A DNA stretch of 64,000 bases from an uncultured Planctomycetia bacterium. Lineage in GTDB: Bacteria > Omnitrophota > Gorgyraeia > Tantalellales > Tantalellaceae. The stretch is from positions 202,075 through 266,074 of the forward strand of contig CAYPCX010000001.1 in assembly GCA_964409365.1 (NCBI GenBank). The letters are read 5' to 3'. Within the stretch, counting starts at the first letter, position 1, and the number at the start of each line of letters is the position of its first letter. This document shows, piece by piece, positions 46,732 through 55,963 of the stretch. Under the pieces are notes generated by a model. That model was not told where the DNA came from, did no database searches, and was given only the letters and a program-made list of their open reading frames with translations. The translations under genes and the position numbers were made by a program.

Positions 46732-47766
46732 ATGAAAATATATGATTTCGGTCTGAATTGGGACAAGGATGAGTGTCTTTTCACCGACCTCGTTGAGGCC
46801 GGCTGCAGGAAAAAAGGCCTTTCTTTCGTGCAGGTCACGAGGAACAGGGTAAGGGAAGCCGTAAAGGGCCTTGAATCCAACCAGCTTCGCATAAAAGTGC
46901 TTCTTGACACGGAGGCCACCTACGACGTGCCCGGTGATCTTTTTGCCCGCGTCTGTTATGCCGTGAAGGATTCAGGCGGGGTGGTCATCAACGATCCCGA
47001 CCGGACCAGGATGGCCGTTGACAAGGCGGTAATGTATTATGAACTGCTGGACTCGGGTATCAACACCCCTTACACGGTAATAGTGCGTAACTGGGAACCC
47101 ACTTCTTTCCGCCTTACGGCGGAGGAACGGGCCAGACTGGGCATACCGTTCGTCATAAAACCGGGATGCGGTTGGGGACACCAGGGCGTTGTGTATAATG
47201 CCTCCGGCACCATAAGGGAGATAGCCGAGGCGCGCAATTATGACCGCGGGGACAATTTTCTCTTGCAGGAAAAGGTGAACCCCCTGGAATGGAACAGGAA
47301 AAGGGCCTGGTTCAGGGTGTTTCACGTGTTCGATAAGATAATACCATGCTGGTGGGACGACAGGAACGGTACTTATGAGCATGTGACGGGGGATGAGTTC
47401 AAAGCCTTACGCCTCGCTACGCTCGCCAAATACGCTACCAGGATAGGCGGTATGACAAGAATGACCTGGTTCTCAACCGAGATCGCTATGGATAAAAAGA
47501 ACGACCAGCAGCGTTTCCTGTCGATCGATTACGTCAATGACCAGTGTGACATGACGGCAAGGTCCGAAAGCCCCGACGGGGTCCCTGACAACATAGTGAG
47601 AGTTACCGCAAATTCCATTGTCGACGAGGCCTACCGGCTTATATTCGGAAAAGACAGAGCCAAAGGGAAGAAATACACTATACTGCTGAAGAAAACGGGC
47701 TTTTTCGGGATACGCGGCCTCGGGTATCCGCCTGATCTATTGGTGCATATACCATTCAAGGTGTAG
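46732..47766 (+). CDS. ATP-grasp-like domain protein (hypothetical)
   Basis: FVIKPGCGWGHQGV resembles the ATP-grasp central-domain motif (RimK-like VVIKPLDGSGGRGV). Length is 344 aa. Confidence 0.4.
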   Translation: MKIYDFGLNWDKDECLFTDLVEAGCRKKGLSFVQVTRNRVREAVKGLESNQLRIKVLLDTEATYDVPGDLFARVCYAVKDSGGVVINDPDRTRMAVDKAVMYYELLDSGINTPYTVIVRNWEPTSFRLTAEERARLGIPFVIKPGCGWGHQGVVYNASGTIREIAEARNYDRGDNFLLQEKVNPLEWNRKRAWFRVFHVFDKIIPCWWDDRNGTYEHVTGDEFKALRLATLAKYATRIGGMTRMTWFSTEIAMDKKNDQQRFLSIDYVNDQCDMTARSESPDGVPDNIVRVTANSIVDEAYRLIFGKDRAKGKKYTILLKKTGFFGIRGLGYPPDLLVHIPFKV

Positions 47767-47867
47767 CTGTTGAATACAAAGCCCGGTATGGTATTTTGAC
47801 AATTTGCTTGACAAAGAGCCCCGTTGATGTTAAAATTATAAAAATTTAGCAAACTGGAGGCTGCAAG

Positions 47868-48026
47868 ATGACCAAGGTCAAAAAGAACACGGCTGCGGAA
47901 AAAGAGTCGTCCCGTGACGAACAGAACAAAAGCAGTGTAAAAGAATGCGCGGATCTGGTAAGCTTTTACCTGAAGCGGTATCTGGACGAACGGGAGAAGG
48001 AAAGAAGCGTCAAAGAACCGTCATAA
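47868..48026 (+). CDS. Small hypothetical protein (52 aa)
   Basis: ATG at 47868 preceded by GGAGG. Charged, low-complexity product. Weak. Confidence 0.2.
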   Translation: MTKVKKNTAAEKESSRDEQNKSSVKECADLVSFYLKRYLDEREKERSVKEPS

Positions 48027-48168
48027 AAGATCGCACTTTAGGTCTTAGCAGAGATCACATCCCTTAATTTCTTTTCACCGGAAGTATGGGACCATCCCAA
48101 ATATCGCAAAATATCCTTTATATGAATTCCCGTTTAAGTTACAATTATATTTGTGCAGGAGGTGCATC

Positions 48169-48549
48169 TTGAAAAAGATCGTGACGCTTGCCTTGATCGT
48201 GGCATTTGTCCTGGGCAGTATGACCGTTTTCGCTGACAGGGATTCTTCCGATATTCTCAGGCAGGGCCTTCTGGGCGCGGGGGCCGGAGCCGTAGGCGGG
48301 GCCGCTTCCGGGGCCAAGGGGGGAGATATATGGAAAGGCGCGCTGGCCGGGGCCGGGGTGAACATTCTCGGAGGGGCGCTTCTGGACTCGATAAGCGGGG
48401 AAAAGGTTTCATCTACCCAGCAGGTAGACAACTCCCATCCGAGGGACGCGTATTCCCAGGGATACCAGGACGGCTACAACAACGGGTACAAAGCCGGGTA
48501 TACCTCGGGCTATAAAGAGGGCCTGCAGGAAAGTTATAAAGGGCGCTGA
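48169..48549 (+). CDS. Secreted glycine-zipper domain protein with a Tyr/Gly-rich C-terminal repeat
   Basis: TTG start 7 nt after AGGAGG. Signal peptide, then GAGAGAVGGAASGAKGG...GALAGAGVNILGGALL glycine zipper, then (GY..GY)n. Confidence 0.5.
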   Translation: MKKIVTLALIVAFVLGSMTVFADRDSSDILRQGLLGAGAGAVGGAASGAKGGDIWKGALAGAGVNILGGALLDSISGEKVSSTQQVDNSHPRDAYSQGYQDGYNNGYKAGYTSGYKEGLQESYKGR

Positions 48550-48555
48550 TCGGAC

Positions 48556-49008
48556 ATGAGACTTTATCTTGTGCAGCACGGCCTTGCGTTATCCAAGGAA
48601 GAGGATCCCGAAAGGCCCTTGAGCGAAAAGGGGAAGGCCGAGACCCGGAAAGTGGCCGCGTTCCTGGGATCCAAAGGCATAAAAGTGAGCCGCCTCTGGC
48701 ACAGCAAAAAGCTTCGCGCGGTCCAGACCGCCCGGATCATCGCAGGGGCCGTAAAATGTGAAGACGTAACGGAACGTGAAGATCTTAGTCCCAACGATCC
48801 TGTCGAGAAATTCGGGCAAGAGATCATAGTTGCGGGGTCGGATGTCATGATCGTGGGACACCTGCCGTTCCTCCAAAAACTGGCTTCCCTGCTTTTGACG
48901 GGATCTTCCGATAAAGAAGTGGTTTCCTTCAGGTTCAGCGGAGTGGTCTGCCTGGAATATGAGCAAATATGGAAACTGGCCTGGTTCGTTCTTCCCGATC
49001 TTTGCTGA
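48556..49008 (+). CDS. sixA: Phosphohistidine phosphatase SixA-like (histidine phosphatase superfamily)
   Basis: MRLYLVQHGLA catalytic RHG-type start. Length is 150 aa. Confidence 0.7.
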   Translation: MRLYLVQHGLALSKEEDPERPLSEKGKAETRKVAAFLGSKGIKVSRLWHSKKLRAVQTARIIAGAVKCEDVTEREDLSPNDPVEKFGQEIIVAGSDVMIVGHLPFLQKLASLLLTGSSDKEVVSFRFSGVVCLEYEQIWKLAWFVLPDLC

Positions 49009-49081
49009 GGAGCAGATTTTCCTTTCCATAAACGCGTATAACGCATATAATACTGATATTATTATCTAAAGGGGGTGAAGA

Positions 49082-49321
49082 ATGAAAAGGTTATTGGTAT
49101 TGGCAGTATTAGCAGTATTTACTTTGAGCGCAATAACAGCGTTTGCCGCACAAGCGACACAGGGTAAACCCATGAGCAAGGAACCCGGTAAAGGCGCGTT
49201 CCAGGCAGCCAGCGATCACATAGCTGAATGGGGAAAATCCTCTGCTATCGTTAGAGAGCAATCTCTTCGCGGCGCGACGAAACCGGCCGAGAGAGAAGGA
49301 ACGGAAGCGCAAACAAAATAA
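49082..49321 (+). CDS. Small secreted hypothetical protein
   Basis: Signal peptide MKRLLVLAVLAVFTLSAITAFA. Length is 79 aa. Confidence 0.45.
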   Translation: MKRLLVLAVLAVFTLSAITAFAAQATQGKPMSKEPGKGAFQAASDHIAEWGKSSAIVREQSLRGATKPAEREGTEAQTK

Positions 49322-49351
49322 TCCATTTACCGGTTATATGACGGATTATAA

Positions 49352-49388
49352 ACAGAGGTTCTACCCATGGTAGGACCTCTGTTTTTCT
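49352..49388 (+). terminator. Rho-independent terminator
   Basis: ACAGAGGTtCTACC-cat-GGTAGgACCTCTGT followed by TTTTT. Confidence 0.6.
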
Positions 49389-49406
49389 GGAGCCAGGAGT
49401 GAGCGT

Positions 49407-50036
49407 ATGAAAAAGTTTTTTTCGAGCATGATACTGGCGGCTCTTTTATGTGTTCTTGTTGCCGGGCGAGGTCATTCCCAGAGCATGGAAGACGTAAAGT
49501 CGCAGATCCGGGAGCAGGTAAAGAGAGAGATGGGTGTGAGCGATGCGTCTCAACAGCCGCAGCAGCCCGTGCCGCAAAGAAGAGAGACAGCCGCTGTGAA
49601 GAAGAAAGTGGCGGTCAAGCAATGGAACGTTCCGTTACTGGATGAACTTGACGATGAGACGCTCGTCAAGCTTCTTTTGGTCCTTATGGTCATAGCCCTG
49701 TTGCCGGCGGCCATAGCCAAGGCGAAAGGCCGCAGTTTTATAGCCTGGTGGGTGCTGGGGGTCCTGTTCTTTATCATAGTGTTCCCGGTTTCCGTGTTCA
49801 TGAAAAGTGCCAAGCGGTCCAAGGCCGGTCCATCCCGGGAAAAAAGGAAGAAGGCGGTTGAGACGGAAGGGGAGAACCCCGCCGAGAAGGACGCACCGCG
49901 GGAGCCGGAAGCGGAAAGGAACGACGCCGTAGGCATCTATGACAAGATAGAAAGACTGGCCGCGCTGAAGGAAAAAGGCGTTATATCCGAAGAAGAGTTC
50001 CAGTCCAAAAAGAACGAACTTCTGGACAGGATATAA
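49407..50036 (+). CDS. Membrane protein with a C-terminal SHOCT domain
   Basis: Signal peptide or N-terminal TM, a central TM pair, and a C-terminal IERLAALKEKGVISEEEFQSKKNELL (SHOCT motif). Confidence 0.6.
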   Translation: MKKFFSSMILAALLCVLVAGRGHSQSMEDVKSQIREQVKREMGVSDASQQPQQPVPQRRETAAVKKKVAVKQWNVPLLDELDDETLVKLLLVLMVIALLPAAIAKAKGRSFIAWWVLGVLFFIIVFPVSVFMKSAKRSKAGPSREKRKKAVETEGENPAEKDAPREPEAERNDAVGIYDKIERLAALKEKGVISEEEFQSKKNELLDRI

Positions 50037-50046
50037 AGGGATCAGT

Positions 50047-50613
50047 ATGAACGGCGCCGAACGGCAGATCAAGGACATAAAGGAAGTCTCGATAGCGATA
50101 GACACGTGGGATGACATCTTTTCCGACTTCGATCCCAGGCCTTTGGGTGAAAGGGTGCTGTCGGAGGACTTTCTGGCCGAACTCAAGAAGAGGTACAGGG
50201 AAACACGGACGGGAAGATTCCTGATATCGATATGTGCCCCTGTGTCGCTCGAGGACGCGCAGGCGGAGAAGGTCGTCATACAAAGGCTTAAAAGGGACTT
50301 CAAGCATAAAGTGTTGCAAAGGCAGAAGGAGATCATGCGGATAAGGCTCCGCGGCGCCGTTTTTGTCATGTTCGGCGTATGCAATCTGGGGATCCTGACG
50401 CTGATCACCTATTTCAAGGTCTTTAACCAGTTGAATACGGAACTTCTGGCTATCATATTGATGCCCCTGGGCTGGTTCGGCATCTGGGAGGGGTTCTCGA
50501 AGATCATAGATACCTCTCCCATGATTATCCAGGAAGAGAAACTATTCAACAAACTCGCGAACGCTGATTACAAGTTCAAATATATCCAGGAAGAAAGGGG
50601 GAGAACGGAGTAG
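50047..50613 (+). CDS. Hypothetical membrane protein
   Basis: Soluble N-domain and two C-terminal TM helices. Its stop overlaps the start of the next gene (tagATG). Confidence 0.45.
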   Translation: MNGAERQIKDIKEVSIAIDTWDDIFSDFDPRPLGERVLSEDFLAELKKRYRETRTGRFLISICAPVSLEDAQAEKVVIQRLKRDFKHKVLQRQKEIMRIRLRGAVFVMFGVCNLGILTLITYFKVFNQLNTELLAIILMPLGWFGIWEGFSKIIDTSPMIIQEEKLFNKLANADYKFKYIQEERGRTE

Positions 50614-51351
50614 ATGAGCGTGAGAAGGATGCTGGCCATTTTCGGGGTAGTTCTGTGCGCGGCGTTTCTGACGGCGGTCCTGATGGGGTTTTCGTCCCGG
50701 CCGCAAGAAACGGGGACTGTGGGCTGGAAAGAGGACTTCGATACCGCCGACACCGAAAGCAGTCATTCCGTGCCGGAGGGATGGACGTTCAGAGGCAAAC
50801 CCGGCACTCCGAAAACGGTCTTTTCCGTTGTAAAGGGCAAAGGCGACGGGCAGTCTTACCTGCATATGGAAGCGGACAAGGCTACCGGTTCGGTGATCTG
50901 CCAGATAACAGGCGTCGATCTGGAACGGACGCCCATACTTCGTTGGCGCTGGAGGGTGACCGAACTGCCGGAAGGGGCCGACGGCAGGGTAAAGGCAAAA
51001 GATGACCAGGCGATAGGCATCTATTTGGGTACCGGAGGTATGCTGAGCAATAAGTCCGTGTCTTACAGGTGGGACACCGATACGCCCGATGGAGCGAAAG
51101 GCGACTGCGTGTATGGAGGGGGAACGGTAAAGGTTAAATGGTATACCCTGAGAAATAAAGAAGACGCGAAGCACGGCAAATGGTATGTTGAGGAACGAGA
51201 TTGCGCCCGTGACTTTAAAGAGGCATGGGGTTTTTGTCCGGGGAAAATATTTTTGAGCGTGTGTTGCAACAGCCAGTACACCGGTACCGAGGCCGAAGCC
51301 GACCTGGATTGGATCGAGTTCGTGTCCGGACGGTCTGATGAGCGTAATTAG
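50614..51351 (+). CDS. Secreted DUF3047-like protein
   Basis: N-terminal TM or signal peptide. The RWRWRV...LPEGADGRV...DDQAIGIYLG pattern is shared with the paralog at 61701. Confidence 0.45.
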   Translation: MSVRRMLAIFGVVLCAAFLTAVLMGFSSRPQETGTVGWKEDFDTADTESSHSVPEGWTFRGKPGTPKTVFSVVKGKGDGQSYLHMEADKATGSVICQITGVDLERTPILRWRWRVTELPEGADGRVKAKDDQAIGIYLGTGGMLSNKSVSYRWDTDTPDGAKGDCVYGGGTVKVKWYTLRNKEDAKHGKWYVEERDCARDFKEAWGFCPGKIFLSVCCNSQYTGTEAEADLDWIEFVSGRSDERN

Positions 51352-51374
51352 GTAGGGGAAAAAGGAGCTTATGT

Positions 51375-52193
51375 ATGGTTACCAGGAACAGCTTACCGAG
51401 GCATATTGTGGATCCTCCCATTCTGGCGGAAAAGGGCCATTTTCTGGTCAAACTTGCCGACAATCATGAAGAGATCGAAAAGGCACAACGCCTGAGGTTT
51501 GAGATCTTTAATCTCGAGCAGGGAAGGGGCTTACGTGGTTTGCAGAGGTATGGTATCGATTTCGATGAATTCGACGAGCATTGCCTGCACATCCTGGTAA
51601 TAGAGAAGGATTCCGGCAGGGTTATCGGGACATATCGCGCTCATTTGGGGGCGATCGCCAATACGGCAAAAGGATTCTATTCATCAAGGCAGTATGACAT
51701 AAGAGGTATCTACGGGATAGCTGACAAGTGCCTGGAGCTCGGCCGTTCGTGCGTTTCCCCCGAATTCAGGTCCGGCACCGTTGTCGCGCTTCTATGGCGC
51801 GCGATATCCGAGATACTGGTCAGGGCGAAACTGATATATATGCTGGGATGCGTAAGCCTGGACGAGACCGACCCGAGGATAGGATGGGCTTTGTACGAGT
51901 ATTTCCGGAAAAACGGTATAATATGCAATAACATAAGCGCCAGGCCGCGTCCGGGTTTCCGCCTTGAACGCCCCCCCGAAAGGGATATCGAAAGAGAACT
52001 GTCTAACGAAACCGCTTTAAAGAGACATATACCCCCGATCCTCAAGGGGTATCTGCGGCTGGGAGCCCTGATCTGCGGGGAACCCGCGTTGGACGAGGAG
52101 TTCGGGACTATAGATTTTTTCATATTTGTCGACGCTGCCAGTGCGCCGGAGCGGTATAGAAAGCATTTTCACTATACGAAAGACACGGACTGA
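51375..52193 (+). CDS. olsB: GNAT-family N-acyltransferase, OlsB-like (ornithine lipid N-acyltransferase)
   Basis: Acetyltransf_5 / putative-hemolysin type. An acyltransferase gene follows immediately. Confidence 0.65.
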   Translation: MVTRNSLPRHIVDPPILAEKGHFLVKLADNHEEIEKAQRLRFEIFNLEQGRGLRGLQRYGIDFDEFDEHCLHILVIEKDSGRVIGTYRAHLGAIANTAKGFYSSRQYDIRGIYGIADKCLELGRSCVSPEFRSGTVVALLWRAISEILVRAKLIYMLGCVSLDETDPRIGWALYEYFRKNGIICNNISARPRPGFRLERPPERDIERELSNETALKRHIPPILKGYLRLGALICGEPALDEEFGTIDFFIFVDAASAPERYRKHFHYTKDTD

Positions 52194-52197
52194 TATC

Positions 52198-52983
52198 ATG
52201 TCCATCCTGCGACGCCTGTATAGAGTAACGGCCATATTTTTCTGGACATTGTTCATGATACTCAGGGCTCTGCCGCATCAGTTCGGCGGATGGGAAGGAA
52301 GAAGAAAAATAGCCGATCTTCTCCGGACCTGGTCCAGGGGTGTCGCCGGGATACTGAACCTGCGAGTTGAGGTGCGCGGAAAAATACCCGACGACTTTTC
52401 CGGCCTTGTGGTATCCAACCATCTCGGATATATCGATATAATCACGCACGGGACCGTTTTCCCCCTCCGTTTTACGTCCACTACCGTTGTAGCCCGGTGG
52501 CCCATATTCGGGAGCATGATAGCGGTTACCCAGCCGGTGTTGGTCAACAGGGAATCCAGGCCCGCGTCCAGGAAAGCGCTCAGGGATTTCGCCAAGACCA
52601 TGAGAAAGGGTATGTGCCTCATAGTCTATCCGGAAGGTACGAGTACCGACGGGAAGGGCGGCATACTTCCTTTTAAATCCACATCTTTCGAGGCGGCTAC
52701 GTTCGGGGATATGCCGATCCTTCCGGTCCTGACGCGTTATATCGAAGAACCGGGAAAACCCACAGTGTGCTGGTACGGCGATATGACCCTGCTGCCGCAC
52801 ATGTGGCAGGTACTGGGACTTTCCTCCGTGGAAGCGGAACTTCATATCCTTCCTCCGGTCTACCCGGAAGGCATGTCAAGAAAAGAGGTATCTTCTCGCG
52901 TGCATGGTCTGATGGAGAAGGAGTACAGCCGTGTTACAGGTCGCGATGCACAAGAGTTAACCCCCGCGGATTTGCCTTTTTAA
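52198..52983 (+). CDS. olsA: Lysophospholipid acyltransferase, OlsA/PlsC-like
   Basis: HX4D motif NHLGYID and the PEGT box YPEGTST. The ATG at 52198 follows the olsB stop. Confidence 0.65.
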   Translation: MSILRRLYRVTAIFFWTLFMILRALPHQFGGWEGRRKIADLLRTWSRGVAGILNLRVEVRGKIPDDFSGLVVSNHLGYIDIITHGTVFPLRFTSTTVVARWPIFGSMIAVTQPVLVNRESRPASRKALRDFAKTMRKGMCLIVYPEGTSTDGKGGILPFKSTSFEAATFGDMPILPVLTRYIEEPGKPTVCWYGDMTLLPHMWQVLGLSSVEAELHILPPVYPEGMSRKEVSSRVHGLMEKEYSRVTGRDAQELTPADLPF

Positions 52984-53049
52984 ATTACGTTAGGTATATT
53001 AAACTTAGCGTTTTTGTAATGTTAACAGGCAATTAATTTTGCTATACAA

Positions 53050-53397
53050 ATGAAAAGCATGAATATAGGGAGTCGCGGGTTTACGCTTATCGAGATCATG
53101 ATAGTGCTCTTGATACTGGGGCTTTTGGCCGCGGTCGCGACCCCGGCTTTTCTTAACGCCTCGGCCAGGGCGAAGACGAACGTTTGCATTTCACATCTCA
53201 AACATATAGATGACGCCAAATCCATGTGGGCTGTCTGGGAAGGGGCGATCTCGGGAGATATCCCCGAATGGGACGATCTTGTTCCCGACTATCTTACCGA
53301 GGTACCCGCCTGTCCGAGCAACGGTACTTATGACATCAAGCCGATCGATGTAAAACCTACCTGCAGTATAGAGGGGCATGTTCTGCAAGGCAGCTAG
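53050..53397 (+). CDS. Prepilin-type N-terminal cleavage/methylation domain protein (pseudopilin/type IV pilin-like)
   Basis: G|FTLIEIMIVLLILGLLAAVA class-III signal with Glu+5. The globular part carries conserved Cys residues. Confidence 0.75.
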   Translation: MKSMNIGSRGFTLIEIMIVLLILGLLAAVATPAFLNASARAKTNVCISHLKHIDDAKSMWAVWEGAISGDIPEWDDLVPDYLTEVPACPSNGTYDIKPIDVKPTCSIEGHVLQGS

Positions 53398-53412
53398 ACC
53401 TCCGTCATAGTA

Positions 53413-53745
53413 ATGAATATCAAAGGGGATAGAGGGTCCATTCGTCTTGAGTCGATAATCGCCATGATAATAGTGGCATTGCTCGCGGCTATAGCCTTCC
53501 AGAATTATACCGAAGCCTGGCGCAGGATCAGGGTGGAAAGCTGTATAGCTAACCTGAAGAGCATAGATATGGCGAAGACGTTATGGGCTTTCCGGAAAGG
53601 GCGAGACATCTCAGATGTCCCGTCCTGGCGGGAACTTATACCTGAGTATCTTAAAGAGACCCCCGTTTGCCCGTCAGGGGGAACTTATTTCCTCACGGGG
53701 ATCAAGGGAAAACCCATCTGTACCATAGCCGACCACAACCTGTAA
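53413..53745 (+). CDS. Pilin-like paralog with a degenerate prepilin signal (G|SIRLESIIAMIIV)
   Basis: It shares the body pattern C(I)xNLKxIDxAKxxWA...P(S/E)W(D/R)(D/E)L(V/I)P(D/E)YL.E.P.CPS.GTY with the 53050 protein. Confidence 0.55.
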   Translation: MNIKGDRGSIRLESIIAMIIVALLAAIAFQNYTEAWRRIRVESCIANLKSIDMAKTLWAFRKGRDISDVPSWRELIPEYLKETPVCPSGGTYFLTGIKGKPICTIADHNL

Positions 53746-53813
53746 CCCATTTCAACCCCCGGGGTTGAAATGGTCTTGTCAGATGTTCTGTAAAAGGTTA
53801 AAATACAAATACT

Positions 53814-54932
53814 ATGAAAAAGACCTTGATACTGGTGCTGGTGCTTGTTTTCTCCTGCCCGGGTCTTTTTGCCGCCGTGATGGAAAAAGAAGTTGTCGCC
53901 GAGGGGGTAGCCGCCGGCGATTCGCTCCAGGCAAGGGACTCGGCGCTTGCCAGGGCCCAGCGTAATGCGATAGAGCAGGCGGTGGGCGTTCTGGTGGACT
54001 CCGAGACGATGGTAGAGAACTATGAACTTCTGGATGACAAGATCTATACTAAATCCAAAGGTTATATCAAAGGCTACGAAGTGATCTATGACAATAAAGG
54101 AGAGGGCGGCCTTTACAAAATAAAGATAAAGGCGGATGTGGCTCTGGGGGCCCTGACAAAGGAAGTCAAGGCCATGGGGATATTGCGGGAAAGGATGAAA
54201 TACCCCAGGATAGTGGTCCTTATTGACGAGTATATCGACGGCGTCGAACAGCCCCGTAATATTGTAGGGATCGAGATGGAAAAGGCTTTTATGAAGAAAG
54301 ACTTCCCCGTGGTAAGCAGGGACCAGACCGAGAAGATAAAGATGAGGGACGCCGCGCTTTCCTATGACGATCCGCAGAAAGCTGCCGCTTTAGGCAGAAG
54401 ATACGGGGCGGAAGTGGTCATCATGGGGAGGGCGACCAGTGATCTGGCCGGCAGCAGCCAGCCGTACGGGGTGACCGTTTATGCATATGAGGCCCGAGCC
54501 GAAGCCAGGGCGGTAAAAGCCGATAACGCGCAGGTGCTGGCGTTGGATACGGAGGCTGTAACGGCCCGGGGTAACGGAAGGGTCCCTACCGCGAACAAGG
54601 CGCTCTCCGGCACGGCCGAGAAGCTGGCTGAAGGACTCATGAAAAGGATAGCCGAAAGCTGGAGAAGCGAGGTGTATAATGAGAGAAGCATCCAGCTTGT
54701 GTGTGAGAACGCCGATACAATGAAAGCCTACGGCCTGAAACAGGTTCTTAAATCAATGAGGGACACCAGAGGAGTAAGCGAACGTTCGCTCGTTTCGGGA
54801 GTCCTGGAACTTGACGTGAGGTTTTTTGGGACTACCGAACAGCTTTCCACGATATTGTCCGAGATCAAGGATCCCGCCGTCGAGATCACAGCCAGGACGC
54901 CCAACAGGATAGATATAAGGTTCAAAAGATAA
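53814..54932 (+). CDS. Lipoprotein with an LPP20/FlgP-like N-domain plus a CsgG/TolB-N-like middle domain
   Basis: Lipobox VFSC. Domain 1 (ARAQRNAIEQAVGVLVDSET...) is LPP20-like. Domain 2 (PRIVVLIDEY...GAEVVIMGRATSD) is flavodoxin-like and CsgG-like. Confidence 0.55.
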   Translation: MKKTLILVLVLVFSCPGLFAAVMEKEVVAEGVAAGDSLQARDSALARAQRNAIEQAVGVLVDSETMVENYELLDDKIYTKSKGYIKGYEVIYDNKGEGGLYKIKIKADVALGALTKEVKAMGILRERMKYPRIVVLIDEYIDGVEQPRNIVGIEMEKAFMKKDFPVVSRDQTEKIKMRDAALSYDDPQKAAALGRRYGAEVVIMGRATSDLAGSSQPYGVTVYAYEARAEARAVKADNAQVLALDTEAVTARGNGRVPTANKALSGTAEKLAEGLMKRIAESWRSEVYNERSIQLVCENADTMKAYGLKQVLKSMRDTRGVSERSLVSGVLELDVRFFGTTEQLSTILSEIKDPAVEITARTPNRIDIRFKR

Positions 54933-54948
54933 CTTAAGGAGCGGCAAC

Positions 54949-55953
54949 ATGAAAAGAAGCGGTATATTGCTGGTGTGTGTGGTGGCAGTGATTTCCATGG
55001 CTTTTGCTGTGAACGGCTTTGCCGAAAGCAGTTACGAAAAGGCCAGAAAAAGGGCAAAGAGCGGCAGGAAGAGCGCAAGTCCGAAGATCGAGGAGCTGTC
55101 TTCCCTTAAGGGTCCGAAAAAGACCATAGCGGTCATGGATTTCGATAACAAAGCGGGCGGCTGGTCGGAATGGAATATAGGCAACGGCATGTCCGAAATG
55201 CTTACTACCGCGCTTTTCAACAGCGGCAGGTTCGTGGTGGTGGAAAGACAGGCGATCACTGACGTTTTGGCGGAACAGGATCTCGGCGCAAGCGGAAGGA
55301 CAACGGAAGCCGGCGCTGCTAAAATAGGCAAGGTATTGAACTCACAGGTACTTGTTAGAGGGGCCGTGACCGAGTTCAGTAACCGCTCGCAGGACGCGAG
55401 CAATCTCGTCAGCTTTGCCGGTGTGAACGTGGGCCTGGCAAGCTCAAGTGCCCACGTGGCCGTGAACATAAGGCTGTATGACGCCACTACCGGCGAAGTG
55501 ATCGAGAGCATAAGGTGCGAAGGAAAGGCCAGTTCCGGGGGGATATCCGGGGGATATAGCGGCTCCGGTCTCGGCGGCCTGAACTTCGGTTCTAAAGCTT
55601 TCCTGAAGACGCCTCTTGGCAAGGCGACCCAGAAGGTAATAGACAACGCGGTCTACCAGATCTCTCAAAAGATGGAAGAAGTGCCCTGGCAGGGAAAGGT
55701 CGTTACCGTCAAAGGCGATACGGTCTATCTGAACGCCGGAGCCAATTCAAACGTGCAGATAGGCGACATCTTTACCGTCTATAAAAAGGGAGAGAGCCTG
55801 ATAGACCCTGATACAGGTATATCGCTTGGCAGCGAGGATACGAGGGCAGGCCAGGTGGAGGTCTTCGCCGTCGAGGAAAAATTCTCAAAGGCGCACGCGA
55901 CGGCCGGGTCGGCAGGTTCGTTCGATCGCGGTGATGTCGTAAAAGTGCTATAG
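54949..55953 (+). CDS. CsgG-family outer-membrane lipoprotein with an extra C-terminal beta domain
   Basis: KKTIAVMDFDNKAG...GNGMSEMLTTALFNSGRFVVVERQAITDVLAEQDLGASG...AAKIGKVLNSQVLVRGAVTEF matches the CsgG core. Confidence 0.75.
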   Translation: MKRSGILLVCVVAVISMAFAVNGFAESSYEKARKRAKSGRKSASPKIEELSSLKGPKKTIAVMDFDNKAGGWSEWNIGNGMSEMLTTALFNSGRFVVVERQAITDVLAEQDLGASGRTTEAGAAKIGKVLNSQVLVRGAVTEFSNRSQDASNLVSFAGVNVGLASSSAHVAVNIRLYDATTGEVIESIRCEGKASSGGISGGYSGSGLGGLNFGSKAFLKTPLGKATQKVIDNAVYQISQKMEEVPWQGKVVTVKGDTVYLNAGANSNVQIGDIFTVYKKGESLIDPDTGISLGSEDTRAGQVEVFAVEEKFSKAHATAGSAGSFDRGDVVKVL

Positions 55954-55963
55954 GCGGGGATCT

